The notes: generated by a model from the letters alone, not told the origin. Shown: positions 1 to 10,063, counted from the first letter of the stretch. The stretch: DNA of 64,000 nucleotides from Candidatus Peribacteria bacterium (GCA_041691135.1 JBEPVF010000001.1:261493-325492), one strand, 5' to 3'. Numbers and translations are program-made.

Positions 1-615
1 CGCCGTAGTTGCCTGATCTTCGATCGAAACATTGAGCGAATCGGGTGTGCGATGCATGACCGCACGATGCAACGAGACAGGTGAAGGCAAAACAGCCACC
101 GCTCCGGTACCATCGGTTGCAGCCGCCCAATCGTACGGCAAGTCGGTCATCTTTTCGCGCAGGATCGTAAGCGGAGGAATCGTTGAACCGGAAGCCGAAA
201 ACGTGGCAATCGATTTCTTGATATCCGCTTTCCAACTGGCGGGAACGGAGAGGCTCATGGAAAAAGCCGGGACGGTCCATTCGCGCAAGTCCGCCTGGTC
301 ATCCTTGATCGCCGTCACATTGATGACCGGTGCGAGTTTCGTATCCGTATTGGCACTGAATGTTCCGGTGATATCGATCGGATGATTGGCATGTCGGAAC
401 AGATCGATGGTCGAGCTATCGGCAAAATACAATGGCTGGCCGCTGACCAGCACTTCGTGCGTACCGCGACGGGCAATATTGATCGGCAACGGCCGCAACA
501 CCACATTGCGCAACGTTTGCTCGCCAACGGGAATAGCGGATTGTGACGAGCCACCGCACGCTGCCAGGAGCGAACAAGTGAGTGCGAGCGCGACGAGAGA
601 GTTCCGTGCAAACAT
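1..615 (-). CDS. Putative lipoprotein, truncated at the window edge
   Basis: ATG at 615 reads MFARNSLVALALTCSLLAACGGSS..., a signal peptide with an LAAC lipobox. The frame appears open to the left edge, so it is absent from the ORF track. Confidence 0.7.
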   Translation of the reverse strand, partial: MFARNSLVALALTCSLLAACGGSSQSAIPVGEQTLRNVVLRPLPINIARRGTHEVLVSGQPLYFADSSTIDLFRHANHPIDITGTFSANTDTKLAPVINVTAIKDDQADLREWTVPAFSMSLSVPASWKADIKKSIATFSASGSTIPPLTILREKMTDLPYDWAAATDGTGAVAVLPSPVSLHRAVMHRTPDSLNVSIEDQATTA

Positions 616-659
616 GACGGCAATAATTTTATCAGTGACCGATGGCTATGGTAAGTGCG

Positions 660-1766
660 TTACGCCTTCTTGCTCAGATCCAGAGCGTACACCGCACGAC
701 CGACGCGCGTGAAGTACGGCATTTTCTGCAAGTTGAGCGAAATGGTACCCACCTTCACGGTGCGCTGCTTGGCGACTTCGGCGATGATCTCGCGCTTCGA
801 CAGCGGACCCTTATCGCGCAGGATATTTTCGATCACGTCGGCGACCGTACCCGGCTCGTAGCCCCATTCACGCAGTGCGTACAGACCGCGACCGACCAAC
901 ACGAATTGAGGGTAGCGGATCAACTCGTTGTGCACCGCCTGGACCGTGACATGCTTGTGATCGAAGCCAGCCTCGCGAATACGGTTGGCGATTTCCATAA
1001 AGTGCAGCGGCTCGCCGGACTTGCGAAGAATGATTTCGACTTTGTCGCGGATGCTGCGCGGACGGACGAATCTCCATTCGGTCAAACCCCAACCTTCGTC
1101 AATCTCGCGGAGACGTTCATCGATTTTGAGCGTGCTGACAATGAGTTCACGGCTCGGCACGCGATCTTTGAACAAGTTGAGCGCCTGGATGGCAGACACG
1201 AGTTCATCCTGCTTCATGCAGGTCTTGCGCTTGCGCAGGATGCGCACGATGTTATCGACGATCAACGAAATATCATCGGCTGACAAACTGCTGAGTCTCC
1301 AGAACGGAACGAACGTGCTGTTCTTACCGGTGGAACTCATCTCGTTATCGATGGAGAACGACAGGCGGAGCACTGCGCCATCGGCCTGTGCACTTCCTTG
1401 AATGCGCTTGAGGACGAGACTGATCAACTCGTCTTCCGGCATGACACCGCCATGGAGGCGGAGGATATTCTTTGCAAGTTCATTGACCTCATCGAGTCGT
1501 GTGGTCCGCACCGTGCGGCGGAGCTTGCTGAGGGCAATGGCCTCGATCTGACGGATGCGCTCACGTGTGACTTTGAAATGCTTGCCGATCTTTTCCAGAG
1601 TCTGCTTCGGCTGGCCAAATAAAGCGAAGCGTTTCTTAATCACCATGACTTCCTTTTCGGTTAATACCAGAAAAAGATTTTGAAGCAAATCCTGTAAGTT
1701 GACGGTAATTTGAGAGTTCATGGCTTGCTGGTGAGGAGTGGCAGTAGTCGTAACCGGAGTCGGCAT
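660..1766 (-). CDS. Sigma-70 region-4-like HTH plus C-terminal winged-helix (RNAP delta/HARE-HTH-like) DNA-binding protein
   Basis: LTEKEVMVIKKRFAL...TLEKIGKHFKVTRERIRQIE is sigma region 4. C-terminal GEPLHFMEIANRI...FVLVGRGLYALREWG resembles HARE-HTH. No sigma region 2. Start uncertain (1766 or 1721). Confidence 0.75.
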   Translation of the reverse strand: MPTPVTTTATPHQQAMNSQITVNLQDLLQNLFLVLTEKEVMVIKKRFALFGQPKQTLEKIGKHFKVTRERIRQIEAIALSKLRRTVRTTRLDEVNELAKNILRLHGGVMPEDELISLVLKRIQGSAQADGAVLRLSFSIDNEMSSTGKNSTFVPFWRLSSLSADDISLIVDNIVRILRKRKTCMKQDELVSAIQALNLFKDRVPSRELIVSTLKIDERLREIDEGWGLTEWRFVRPRSIRDKVEIILRKSGEPLHFMEIANRIREAGFDHKHVTVQAVHNELIRYPQFVLVGRGLYALREWGYEPGTVADVIENILRDKGPLSKREIIAEVAKQRTVKVGTISLNLQKMPYFTRVGRAVYALDLSKKA

Positions 1767-1928
1767 GGAGGGCGGGGAAAGAACAACCCTCGTTTTACCA
1801 GATAATTGACAGGAGCAAAAGAACTTCACAAGAGAGATGTAGACGACGACCATGACTTGTTTCACGCTGTTTCAATGTCAGGAAGTCACTACACTGTAAG
1901 TGATACTTTAATTTAAATTCACCAATTG

Positions 1929-2327
1929 TCAATAGCCTAAATAGGTAGTCAGAATCTGGGTGGCCGCTGCCGCGTTATCGTCTTCTGCTTGCGGTAAAAC
2001 ACGTTCTTTGCGCTCTCCTGATGTCCGCCGTGGGGTGGTATATCGCTCGTCTTTATAGAGAAGGGGAGTACCCAGAGCTTCCAGGAGCGCTCCGTACTCA
2101 CGAACGATGCTCGTTTGCGTGCCTTCTTCACCGGAGGGAAGCAGTGGAAGACCGATCAGAATCGTATCGATAGAACGAGCATCGCGAATTTTTTTTACCG
2201 CATCACACAGCTGTTCTTTCGTGCGATGTTCGATCGTGTCGAGCGGCAGGGGAATGCCATTATCGGTATCGACGTATGCGACGCCGGTGTGGCGAGTGCC
2301 GATGTCGAGAGCGAGGAGACGGGGCAT
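1929..2327 (-). CDS. ruvX: YqgF/RuvX family RNase H-fold nuclease (pre-16S rRNA maturation)
   Basis: Motifs LLALDIGTRHTGVA, ILIGLPL, DERYTT and DNAAAATQIL. Confidence 0.9.
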   Translation of the reverse strand: MPRLLALDIGTRHTGVAYVDTDNGIPLPLDTIEHRTKEQLCDAVKKIRDARSIDTILIGLPLLPSGEEGTQTSIVREYGALLEALGTPLLYKDERYTTPRRTSGERKERVLPQAEDDNAAAATQILTTYLGY

Positions 2328-2330
2328 GTA

Positions 2331-2355
2331 AATTGAGAATTGATAATGGAAAATT
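2331..2355 (+). repeat. Degenerate 7-bp tandem repeat
   Basis: AATTGAG AATTGAT AATGGAA AATT, intergenic. Confidence 0.55.
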
Positions 2356-2905
2356 ATTCGTTGAAAGAATTGATGGCCGTGAGCAATTCGGGGAAAGAAG
2401 TGTAACCGGCGGCGGCATTCAAATGTCCGCCGTGAGGGATGACATGCAGCGGTGCGCTCAGAAAGTCGCTCAGCTCTCTTGTTTTGTCGATGGAGACAAA
2501 GGGATCGTCGTCACCACAGAATACTTCGAAGTGTCCGCACTGCGCGCGCAAGCGCTGGCGATCGAACAGTTGAATGAACGATGTCATGCGTGGAGCGTAG
2601 GCGTTATTCGGCAATGTCATGAAACCCGAGACGAGAAATGACGCAGCGACCGGTTGGTCGAGCGACGAAAGCAGTGAGAGAAGAAAGGGGACTCCCAAAC
2701 TGTGTCCGATCAAAATTGTTTGATCGTTCATCTGCGAACGATACGGTTCCATATACGTGAGCCACTCATCGAGTGTCGGCTGATCCGCATGCGGCAATGC
2801 CGGTATGGTCACTGTATGACCCTCGGCTTCCAGCTGCTGCTTGAGCCACGGAAACCAGTTCTCGGCCGGGTGTCCTTCGATGCCGTGAAAGATGAAAAAC
2901 TGCAT
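2354..2905 (-). CDS. RBBP9/YdeN family alpha/beta serine hydrolase
   Basis: IFHG...NWFPWL, nucleophile motif GHSLG, DDPFV, GGHLN. Confidence 0.9.
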   Translation of the reverse strand: MQFFIFHGIEGHPAENWFPWLKQQLEAEGHTVTIPALPHADQPTLDEWLTYMEPYRSQMNDQTILIGHSLGVPFLLSLLSSLDQPVAASFLVSGFMTLPNNAYAPRMTSFIQLFDRQRLRAQCGHFEVFCGDDDPFVSIDKTRELSDFLSAPLHVIPHGGHLNAAAGYTSFPELLTAINSFNE

Positions 2906-3006
2906 GGGGATGAGGATACTCTCTGAGAACCTAGCAGCAAAAACTTGATTACACTATTGATGATAAAGATTATGAACATAAGATTAATCAATAATAATCA
3001 CATGCA

Positions 3007-3031
3007 ACACCCCGACCATTGGTCGGGGTGT
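3007..3031. repeat. Perfect GC-rich inverted repeat (terminator-like or REP-like)
   Basis: ACACCCCGACCA-T-TGGTCGGGGTGT with no U-tract, downstream of the small ORF ending at 3053. Confidence 0.6.
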
Positions 3032-3052
3032 GCCCATTCCTGAGTCGTGACT

Positions 3053-3247
3053 TCAGTCCCGAAGTTGGTAACCGAAGAAGGCAAAACCGCCTGCGAGCTG
3101 CACGCCGGGGAGAAAGGCACAGGCAGCCGCATACAGCCGGAATCCAATCGGTTCATCCAAGAAACCGAGCAGGCCGAGGCAAAGCAGTAATGTGATAACT
3201 GCGGCCACCCCTGCTGCAACAATCAAACGCCTCCCGATTTTTTCCAT
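3053..3247 (-). CDS. Small two-TM hypothetical protein
   Basis: MEKIGRRLIVAAGVAAVITLLLCLGLLGF... with two hydrophobic segments, followed by a hairpin. Confidence 0.5.
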   Translation of the reverse strand: MEKIGRRLIVAAGVAAVITLLLCLGLLGFLDEPIGFRLYAAACAFLPGVQLAGGFAFFGYQLRD

Positions 3248-3447
3248 TGTCGTCCTCGAATTGTGGAATGAGCAGTCCAGCCAGAGCCCGGCACGAGCCA
3301 AGCAGCATAAGCGCTGAACATATTTATTATTATAATTAATATAAATTAAATGTCAATTTAAGTACATAAAAGGAGCAGGATAGACAAAGCAAGCAGGAAG
3401 AAAATGTAAACACGAATGCTCTTTAGTTCTGATTTATTGCAGCTGCT

Positions 3448-4449
3448 TTATTCCATCGATAGCGACACTCTGAGACCAGCGTGATCGGAAGAAGATGTGA
3501 CGACAGGAATGATTTCGTACGAGGCTATCGGCAGTGACGGATCAGCGAGCGCCCAATCGATGCGCCAGACACGCAGAATGCGATCGGTCCATGTGGCGGG
3601 AAAATGAGATGTTCCGCGCGTGGCGGCATCAGTAAAACGCGTAAGGAACCATCGCATCGACCCCATTGCATGGCTCGTATTGAAATCGCCAGCGATGTAG
3701 TGGGGAAGGGGATTGGCGCTGATGTCCTGCTCAAGCGCAGTGAACTGACCGCTGCGCATAACAAAGTATTTATGAAGCGACTGCATGAACCTGACCGGCT
3801 GTTTAAGTAGTGATGGATTCACCGGATTGGACAGATGCACATTGTACACACTCACAACCTGGTTCTGAATGCGCAGATCGGTGCGCAGAAATTGTGTACT
3901 GCGTACCGTGTCGACTATCGGATACTTCGTGAGCGTGATGAGTTCGCCATTCATCACGAGCGTGTAGCCGGGAAACTGTTGCGTGATCTCGTCGAAATCG
4001 TGAAGCAACGGTTCGTCCTGCCGGTTCATGTGCTCCTGCAACAGGATGACATCAGCCTGCTGCGCATGGATGAATGCGTAAAAATCCTGGCGATCACCAT
4101 CCTGCCAGTACTCGGTATTCCAATTGAAAATCACCGGTCCATTCGCATTGCTCATCACCTGTTTCGCGAATGGAAGAACGACATCGCTGTTCATCCATAC
4201 CAAAGGAAACGACAGACACAGGATGAGAAGGCCGATCCATCGCCGCCGCATCAGGCCCACCAAAAAAAGAATGACGAACACACCCAGAAAGACATTCGGC
4301 GGAATCACCAAAAAGATATTCCACCACCACACGCGTCCCATCAGCCACACGTGCAAGGACATGAATAGGGCGAACAGCAAAACAAGTGCATGCCTCCGGC
4401 CGAATAAGAGAAAAGGTTTCAAAGACACACCGAAAGAATACAGGCACAT
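3448..4449 (-). CDS. Membrane-anchored endonuclease/exonuclease/phosphatase (EEP) family protein
   Basis: N-terminal TM helices, then FNWN, DVILLQE, YNVHL, AGDFN, RIDW and SDH motifs. Confidence 0.85.
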   Translation of the reverse strand: MCLYSFGVSLKPFLLFGRRHALVLLFALFMSLHVWLMGRVWWWNIFLVIPPNVFLGVFVILFLVGLMRRRWIGLLILCLSFPLVWMNSDVVLPFAKQVMSNANGPVIFNWNTEYWQDGDRQDFYAFIHAQQADVILLQEHMNRQDEPLLHDFDEITQQFPGYTLVMNGELITLTKYPIVDTVRSTQFLRTDLRIQNQVVSVYNVHLSNPVNPSLLKQPVRFMQSLHKYFVMRSGQFTALEQDISANPLPHYIAGDFNTSHAMGSMRWFLTRFTDAATRGTSHFPATWTDRILRVWRIDWALADPSLPIASYEIIPVVTSSSDHAGLRVSLSME

Positions 4450-4467
4450 CCGAAATAGTTCCGTTGA

Positions 4468-4728
4468 TTACTTCGCAGCTACCAGCCTGCTCACCATCGA
4501 CTTCTTGCGAGCGGCGTTGTTCGGATGGATGATCTGCTTCTTGGCGGCCGTATCAATAGCCTTAAAGACGAGTGGGAGCATTTTTTGACCCTCTTCCTTC
4601 TTGCCAGCCTTGGCCAGATCGGTGATCTTGCGGATCATCGTCTTGAGTTGCGTTTTGTAGGGCTGACGGCGTGTTCGGCGAACGGTATTCTGACGGGCAC
4701 GCTTGATGGCGGACTTGATAATAGGCAT
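4468..4728 (-). CDS. rpsT: 30S ribosomal protein S20
   Basis: MPIIKSAIKRARQ...IDTAAKKQIIHPNNAARKKS. Confidence 0.97.
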   Translation of the reverse strand: MPIIKSAIKRARQNTVRRTRRQPYKTQLKTMIRKITDLAKAGKKEEGQKMLPLVFKAIDTAAKKQIIHPNNAARKKSMVSRLVAAK

Positions 4729-4907
4729 AGAGCTGCGACAGGGTAAGTGCAAGCTACGAGTGAGTCAAGGATGAATATAGAAGGTTAAATAGTGAATATC
4801 GGGACATAGACACCTTATTGGACCTCACATTCCACTTTCGACCTTTCCTATTCAATCAAGATCTTCTGAATTGACCATTTTTTCAATACGCTTCACAATA
4901 AGCACAC

Positions 4908-6701
4908 ATGTGCGGAATATTCGGTTATGTCGGCAGCCGGAACAATGCGGGGAGCATCGTTGTCGACGGGCTCAAAAACCTGGAATATCGCGGATACGAC
5001 TCGTGGGGCGTCGCCAGCAAAACGGCTGACGGCCTGAAAGTTCGTAAGGATATCGGCAAAATCAGCAGCGTCGACACGTCCACCTTCGATCACGATTCGA
5101 CCATCGCCATCGCCCACACACGTTGGGCAACGCACGGGGGAGTGACGCAGATCAACGCCCATCCGCATTTGAGCGAGGACAAAATGATCGCCGTGGTGCA
5201 CAACGGCATCGTGGAAAATTACATCGAGCTGCGCGACGACCTGATCGCCAAAGGACATAAATTTTTGTCGGAGACGGACACGGAAGTTATCCCGCATCTG
5301 ATAGAAGAAGAGATGGCAAAGACGGGAGACTTCGCCGCCTCGGTACGCAACGCCTGCGCGCACTTCGAAGGCCGCTACGCCATCGTGGCCATGCACACAG
5401 CCTCAAATACATTGGTGGCGGCACGCACCGGCTCGCCGTTGATCGTGGGCGTCCTGAAGAGCAAAGAGGGGAGTGACGAATACGGTTACTTCATCGCATC
5501 GGACATTCCGGCCTTCCGCAAATACACGCACATCGTGCAATATTTGGATGACGGCGAAATGCTCGTGACGGATGGAAAGACTATTCTGTTCTCGGACATC
5601 AAAACAGGGGAAGAGCGTGTAAAGCGCGAAATCGAGATCACATGGGCCGCCGAAGAAGCCGACAAGGGCGATTTCGAACACTTCATGCTCAAGGAGATCA
5701 TGGATCAGAAGGAGAGTGTGGCACGCGCCGTGAACCAGAACGAAGAGCAGATCATGACCCTGGCCGACGCTATCCATAATGCCTACGGCACCTTCCTGGT
5801 GGCATGCGGCACGGCCGGCAAAGCCTGCATGGCAGCCGATTACTTCTTCTCCGTCATCGCCCAAAAGCACGTGAACTTCGCCCCGGCGAGCGAGTTCAAG
5901 TTGTATCACCATTTCCTCACCGATCGCAGCCTGCTCATCGTCGTGAGCCAGTCCGGCGAAACGGCTGACGTCCTCGAAGCGATGCATGTCGCCAAATCGA
6001 AAGGGGCCAAAGTCCTGGCGATCGTGAACGTGAAGGGCTCGACCATCGACCGCGAAGCGGATTACACACTGCTCATCAATGCCGGACCGGAACGCGCCGT
6101 CGCATCGACCAAAGCGCTCACCGGCCAACTGGCTGTCCTCCTGCTGATCGCCTACGCGCTGGCCGGCAAGTTGCAGGAGGGAAAGACCTTGCTCCTCGAA
6201 ACGAGCGCCAAGATCAACGACATGTTGAATCCGCGCTACGTGGAGCACTTGAGTGCGTTGGCCGACAGCATCAAGCAGCACGAGCACATGTACATCATCG
6301 GCAAGAGCTGGCACTACCCGATGGCACTCGAGAGTGCGATCAAGATTCAGGAAGTGAGTTACGTGCACGCCGAAGGCTTCGCCGCCGGCGAGCTGAAGCA
6401 CGGACCCATCGCCCTGATCGAAGAGGGTACGCCGTGCATCGTCTTCGTCGGCAAAGACGAAGTGACGCAGGACATCCTCAGCAACGCTATGGAACTGAAA
6501 GCGCGCGGCGCCAAGATCATTGGCGTGTCGCCCGACCAGCACCGCGTGTTCGACGAGTGGATCAAAGTCCCGGAAGCGGGAGACGCCCAAGCCATCCTCA
6601 GCATTATCCCGATTCAGGTGCTCGCGTACTTCCTGGCTGTGAAGCGCGGGAAGAATCCGGATATGCCACGAAATCTGGCGAAGAGCGTGACGGTGAAATG
6701 A
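4908..6701 (+). CDS. glmS: Glutamine--fructose-6-phosphate aminotransferase
   Basis: MCGIFG, LEYRGYDS, HTRWATHG, SQSGETAD, ELKHGP, PRNLAKSVTV. Confidence 0.98.
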   Translation: MCGIFGYVGSRNNAGSIVVDGLKNLEYRGYDSWGVASKTADGLKVRKDIGKISSVDTSTFDHDSTIAIAHTRWATHGGVTQINAHPHLSEDKMIAVVHNGIVENYIELRDDLIAKGHKFLSETDTEVIPHLIEEEMAKTGDFAASVRNACAHFEGRYAIVAMHTASNTLVAARTGSPLIVGVLKSKEGSDEYGYFIASDIPAFRKYTHIVQYLDDGEMLVTDGKTILFSDIKTGEERVKREIEITWAAEEADKGDFEHFMLKEIMDQKESVARAVNQNEEQIMTLADAIHNAYGTFLVACGTAGKACMAADYFFSVIAQKHVNFAPASEFKLYHHFLTDRSLLIVVSQSGETADVLEAMHVAKSKGAKVLAIVNVKGSTIDREADYTLLINAGPERAVASTKALTGQLAVLLLIAYALAGKLQEGKTLLLETSAKINDMLNPRYVEHLSALADSIKQHEHMYIIGKSWHYPMALESAIKIQEVSYVHAEGFAAGELKHGPIALIEEGTPCIVFVGKDEVTQDILSNAMELKARGAKIIGVSPDQHRVFDEWIKVPEAGDAQAILSIIPIQVLAYFLAVKRGKNPDMPRNLAKSVTVK

Positions 6702-6735
6702 GACATTCCATCCTCTGATAGAACGCCAATAATGT

Positions 6736-6762
6736 GTAGAAGCAGCCGTCCCCGGCTGCGGT
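6736..6762 (+). repeat. REP element (GTAG family), left copy
   Basis: GTAG-AA-GCAGCCG-TCCC-CGGCTGC-GGT. Confidence 0.85.
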
Positions 6763-6823
6763 CTCCGAAAGTATTTTTTCCACTACTAGAAGAATTGCAG
6801 GACATTCATAAAAATACAGTCAC

Positions 6824-7261
6824 ATGTCTCAACGTCATCCGATCCAAAACGATGCCATCATGTTCGTCACGACAAATATTCGTCATAAACAGCCAATTTT
6901 TTCAAATGAAGCTTGCGCGACAGAAGCCGTAGAAACCCTTTACCGCGTTCAGCAACTTCATCCATTTTTCTTATATGGTTTTGTAGTTATGCCTGACCAT
7001 TGCCATTTTCTGCTGAAAGTTATGGCACCCTATACCATTTCAAAACTTATGAGCACTTATAAATCAAATGTGGCTTTAAATATTGGTATGGGAAATATCT
7101 GGCAAGAACGTTTTCACATTCGACTTCCCAACAAGCCAGAAGCATCACGAACATATATTCATACTAATCCAGTAAAGGCCGGTATCATTGAACATGCCAA
7201 TTTATATCCTTGGTCATCCGCATCAGCAAAATGGGATGTATCGCCTATAGAAATTTTTTAA
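6824..7261 (+). mobile_element. REP-associated tyrosine (HUH, Y1) transposase, RAYT/TnpA-REP
   Basis: FVTTN, GFVVMPDHCH (HUH), WQERF, YIHTNPVKAG, YPWSS. AT-rich and flanked by inverted REPs. Confidence 0.9.
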
Positions 7262-7312
7262 TGAGCACGGTGGCAGAATTATAAGGATCAAAGGGGTGAC
7301 TAAAACCTCGGC

Positions 7313-7339
7313 ACCGCAGCCGGGGACGGCTGCTGCTAC
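7313..7339 (-). repeat. REP element (GTAG family), right copy, inverted
   Basis: Reverse complement reads GTAG-CA-GCAGCCG-TCCC-CGGCTGC-GGT, 26/27 identical to the left copy. Confidence 0.85.
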
Positions 7340-7369
7340 ATGATGATGGTGGCGATTATTATTTTTTAT

Positions 7370-9916
7370 TTAATGCTCCGGCGGCAACCCGTAATACTTG
7401 ATGAGGAATGATGCGATATCGTGGAACACCGGCACTGCCGTGGATGTACCGTAGATGTCGCGCTTCGGACGATCGAATTTGACGTAGATGAGGAACTTGG
7501 GGTTGTGTGCCGGCGCGTAGCCGATGAAGGACGTGATAGTGGAACCGGTACCGGTTTCGTACTTGCCGCCCGGACCGGCGATCTGCGAGGTGCCGGTTTT
7601 GCCGGCGATGTCGTAGCCCTTTACGCCGCCGGCTTTAGCGTAGCCGTACTGGACCGACTGAATGAGCATGTCGGTGATCGTTTTGGCAGTTTCGGGTTTG
7701 ATCACCTGATCCAACACTTTCGGCTCGCGCACTTCTTCGGTGCCATCGGGATGGATTACACGATCGATCAAAATCGGCTTCATCAATTTGCCATCGTTGG
7801 CCAGTGCCGCGAAGGCCATGGTCATCTGCAGGGGAGTGACGGAGATACCCTGACCGAAGGCGGTGGTGGCAAGCAACGCGTTGGACCAGTCGCCGCGCTT
7901 GCGCCACGGACGCAGTTCTCCGCCGAGCTCATCTTCCAATTCGATGCCCGTGATGCGGCCGAAGCCGAAGCGTTCGAGCATCCGGTCGAATAACTTGGCA
8001 CCAAGGCGGGCCGACACGCTTGTCATGCAGGTGTTGATCGAGAACGCCAGACAGTCGGTCATTGTCACATGACCGTAGTATCGCTGGAGCGCATTCTTGA
8101 TTTCGAATTCGTCCACCTTCACCGGACCTTTATCTTCGTAGGTGGTATCCGGCGTCAATTCACCCTGATCCAGCGCGATCGACATCGTGACCGGTTTCAT
8201 CACCGAACCCGGTTCGTAGATGGATTGAATATTGCGATTGAGATACGCACCCACTCCGAGTTGATTTTTGAACCGCAACCACGTGTTGGGATCGCTGGTC
8301 GGAAATACTTCGCGGCGGTTACTGTCGCCCTTCGTCTCTTCGGTTTGATACAAGTAGTACCGTGTGATGTCCGACAAATCATACAACTTCTCCAGATCAT
8401 CGATGACCTTTTGGCCTTTGGCACTCAGCAATTTGCGGCCCTCCGGAATGAAGACTTCGGAGTACGGCTCCTTAAGCAGACGCACGTTGGTAGTGGGATC
8501 GTACACTTCCACGATCAACTTATCGGAATGCACTGCGTCGAGAGCGAACGGTTCCTTGGCGTACACATCGGCGTAATTATTGCTGTCGAAGAGGGGAACA
8601 TTGACCATCGCGAAAATCTTGCCGGTTGCCGGATCCATCACGATGGCCTGACCGTCTTCGGCCTTGTATGTTTCGAGCGCTTGCTCCATCACCGTCTCGA
8701 CTTCTTTCTGAATCGTACGATCGAGGGTGAGCACGATGGAATCGCCGTCCTTCGGCTTCACGATCGTCTGCTGCGCTGTGAGGATTTGTCCGCCGGCAAG
8801 ATCGCGCACCGAACTGATGATTCCTTCCTGCCCACGGAGCTGAGGATTGAAGGCACGTTCGATGCCGTATTGCGCTTCTTCATTCGTATTCAGGAACCCT
8901 ACCACGTGCGATGCGATGGTGGTGTCCGGATAGAACCGCCAGTTTTCGGCGAGCAGAGCGATGCTGCGGAGCGGGTAATCGAATTCGGCATGCGTGTCGA
9001 CGCCTGCCTTGCGCTTCGCCTCGGCTTCCTGATAAGACGCGAGTTGCGCTTCGCGGATCTTGAGCGACATCGACGGCGACAACTTGCGCATGACCGGGAC
9101 GTAACGCAGCGGACGCGAACGCAGCAAGCTCACGATCGACGAGGGATCCATATCCAGAATTTTGCCGATCTTCTTGGCGATCGAATCGGTGTGGCTCTGA
9201 TCGATTTGCTCCGGATCGGCGTAGATAAGTTTTTCTTCTGGAACCACGACGATGCCCGGAATCGCAAGACCCTGCGTATCGTGGAGCTGCACTTTGTTGG
9301 CTCCGTATTTGATGGGCGAAAATATGACGCGCTTCTGCGAGATGCGCTGCTCAATCGACCGTGCGAACTGGCGGGTGGCCTCCGTCTTGTCGGGCAGGTT
9401 CAACACTGTGGGCGGCAACTGGCCGTCGGCCGGCAGAGGTTCGAGCAAACCCCCCGATTGACTGAGCTTGTACAGATCGATCGGATCGAAAGCCGGCGCA
9501 TAGAATGGAATCAGTTCTTTGGGACACGTGTCTTTGCCATGCGAACACGCATCATGCGTTTCGTCGGTTACCAGAATGCCGGCCAATGTCTCGGCGACGA
9601 AGGTGGGATTGGCGACGACGAGCGGATCTACGTAAACCAAGTTCTGCGTCGTATTGGTGGCGAGAATATTGCGCTCACCCGTTTTACTGTTCAGCGCGAA
9701 TATTTCGCCGCGCTTGGCCGGTAATTTCACATCGCCGAAATGCTGCAGCTGCGCGGCATTGCGGTAATCAGCACCTTTGACAATTTGCAATTCCATCAGC
9801 CTGGCTATAATCGTAAGCAGGATAATGAGGAAGAATGCATGCACGATGGTCATGCGCTGGAGAAGAGAGCGCCGCTTCTGCGTTTCGCTGGAAAGGAGTC
9901 GGGGTTTGACCGCCAT
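7370..9916 (-). CDS. Class B penicillin-binding protein (FtsI/PBP2-like) with insertions
   Basis: N-terminal TM, AKRGEI, RFYP, GIE, then transpeptidase motifs YEPGSVMK (SxxK), SIN (SxN) and GKTGT. Confidence 0.9.
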   Translation of the reverse strand: MAVKPRLLSSETQKRRSLLQRMTIVHAFFLIILLTIIARLMELQIVKGADYRNAAQLQHFGDVKLPAKRGEIFALNSKTGERNILATNTTQNLVYVDPLVVANPTFVAETLAGILVTDETHDACSHGKDTCPKELIPFYAPAFDPIDLYKLSQSGGLLEPLPADGQLPPTVLNLPDKTEATRQFARSIEQRISQKRVIFSPIKYGANKVQLHDTQGLAIPGIVVVPEEKLIYADPEQIDQSHTDSIAKKIGKILDMDPSSIVSLLRSRPLRYVPVMRKLSPSMSLKIREAQLASYQEAEAKRKAGVDTHAEFDYPLRSIALLAENWRFYPDTTIASHVVGFLNTNEEAQYGIERAFNPQLRGQEGIISSVRDLAGGQILTAQQTIVKPKDGDSIVLTLDRTIQKEVETVMEQALETYKAEDGQAIVMDPATGKIFAMVNVPLFDSNNYADVYAKEPFALDAVHSDKLIVEVYDPTTNVRLLKEPYSEVFIPEGRKLLSAKGQKVIDDLEKLYDLSDITRYYLYQTEETKGDSNRREVFPTSDPNTWLRFKNQLGVGAYLNRNIQSIYEPGSVMKPVTMSIALDQGELTPDTTYEDKGPVKVDEFEIKNALQRYYGHVTMTDCLAFSINTCMTSVSARLGAKLFDRMLERFGFGRITGIELEDELGGELRPWRKRGDWSNALLATTAFGQGISVTPLQMTMAFAALANDGKLMKPILIDRVIHPDGTEEVREPKVLDQVIKPETAKTITDMLIQSVQYGYAKAGGVKGYDIAGKTGTSQIAGPGGKYETGTGSTITSFIGYAPAHNPKFLIYVKFDRPKRDIYGTSTAVPVFHDIASFLIKYYGLPPEH

Positions 9917-10063
9917 GGAGAGCCGGGAAAAGCACGCATTGCCGCCCGCGAGCAGCGCACCCGAACGGGACGACATCTTTAAACCGAAAACCTGCTTTTA
10001 CTGACAGGAATTCACTGGAAAGCAGGGTATCACAAAGTGCCAAAAGATGATATAATAAAGGGA

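Noticed and set aside
3420-3447. Possible duplicate of the rpsT 3' end after the EEP gene (GCAGCTGCAATAAATCAGAACTA vs GTAGCTGCGAAGTAATCAACGGAACTA)
   Set aside because: Short and needs gaps, so it cannot be distinguished from chance by eye.
4753-4907. glmS ribozyme upstream of glmS
   Set aside because: No AGCGCC...GACGAGG core, and a -10-like hexamer lies 8 nt before the ATG, leaving no leader.
5403-9724. Long antisense ORFs (e.g. 5403-6590, 8069-9724, and similar ones opposite tyrS, pgk, infB, ftsZ)
   Set aside because: Shadow frames of well-supported genes in GC-rich codon usage, with no recognisable motifs.
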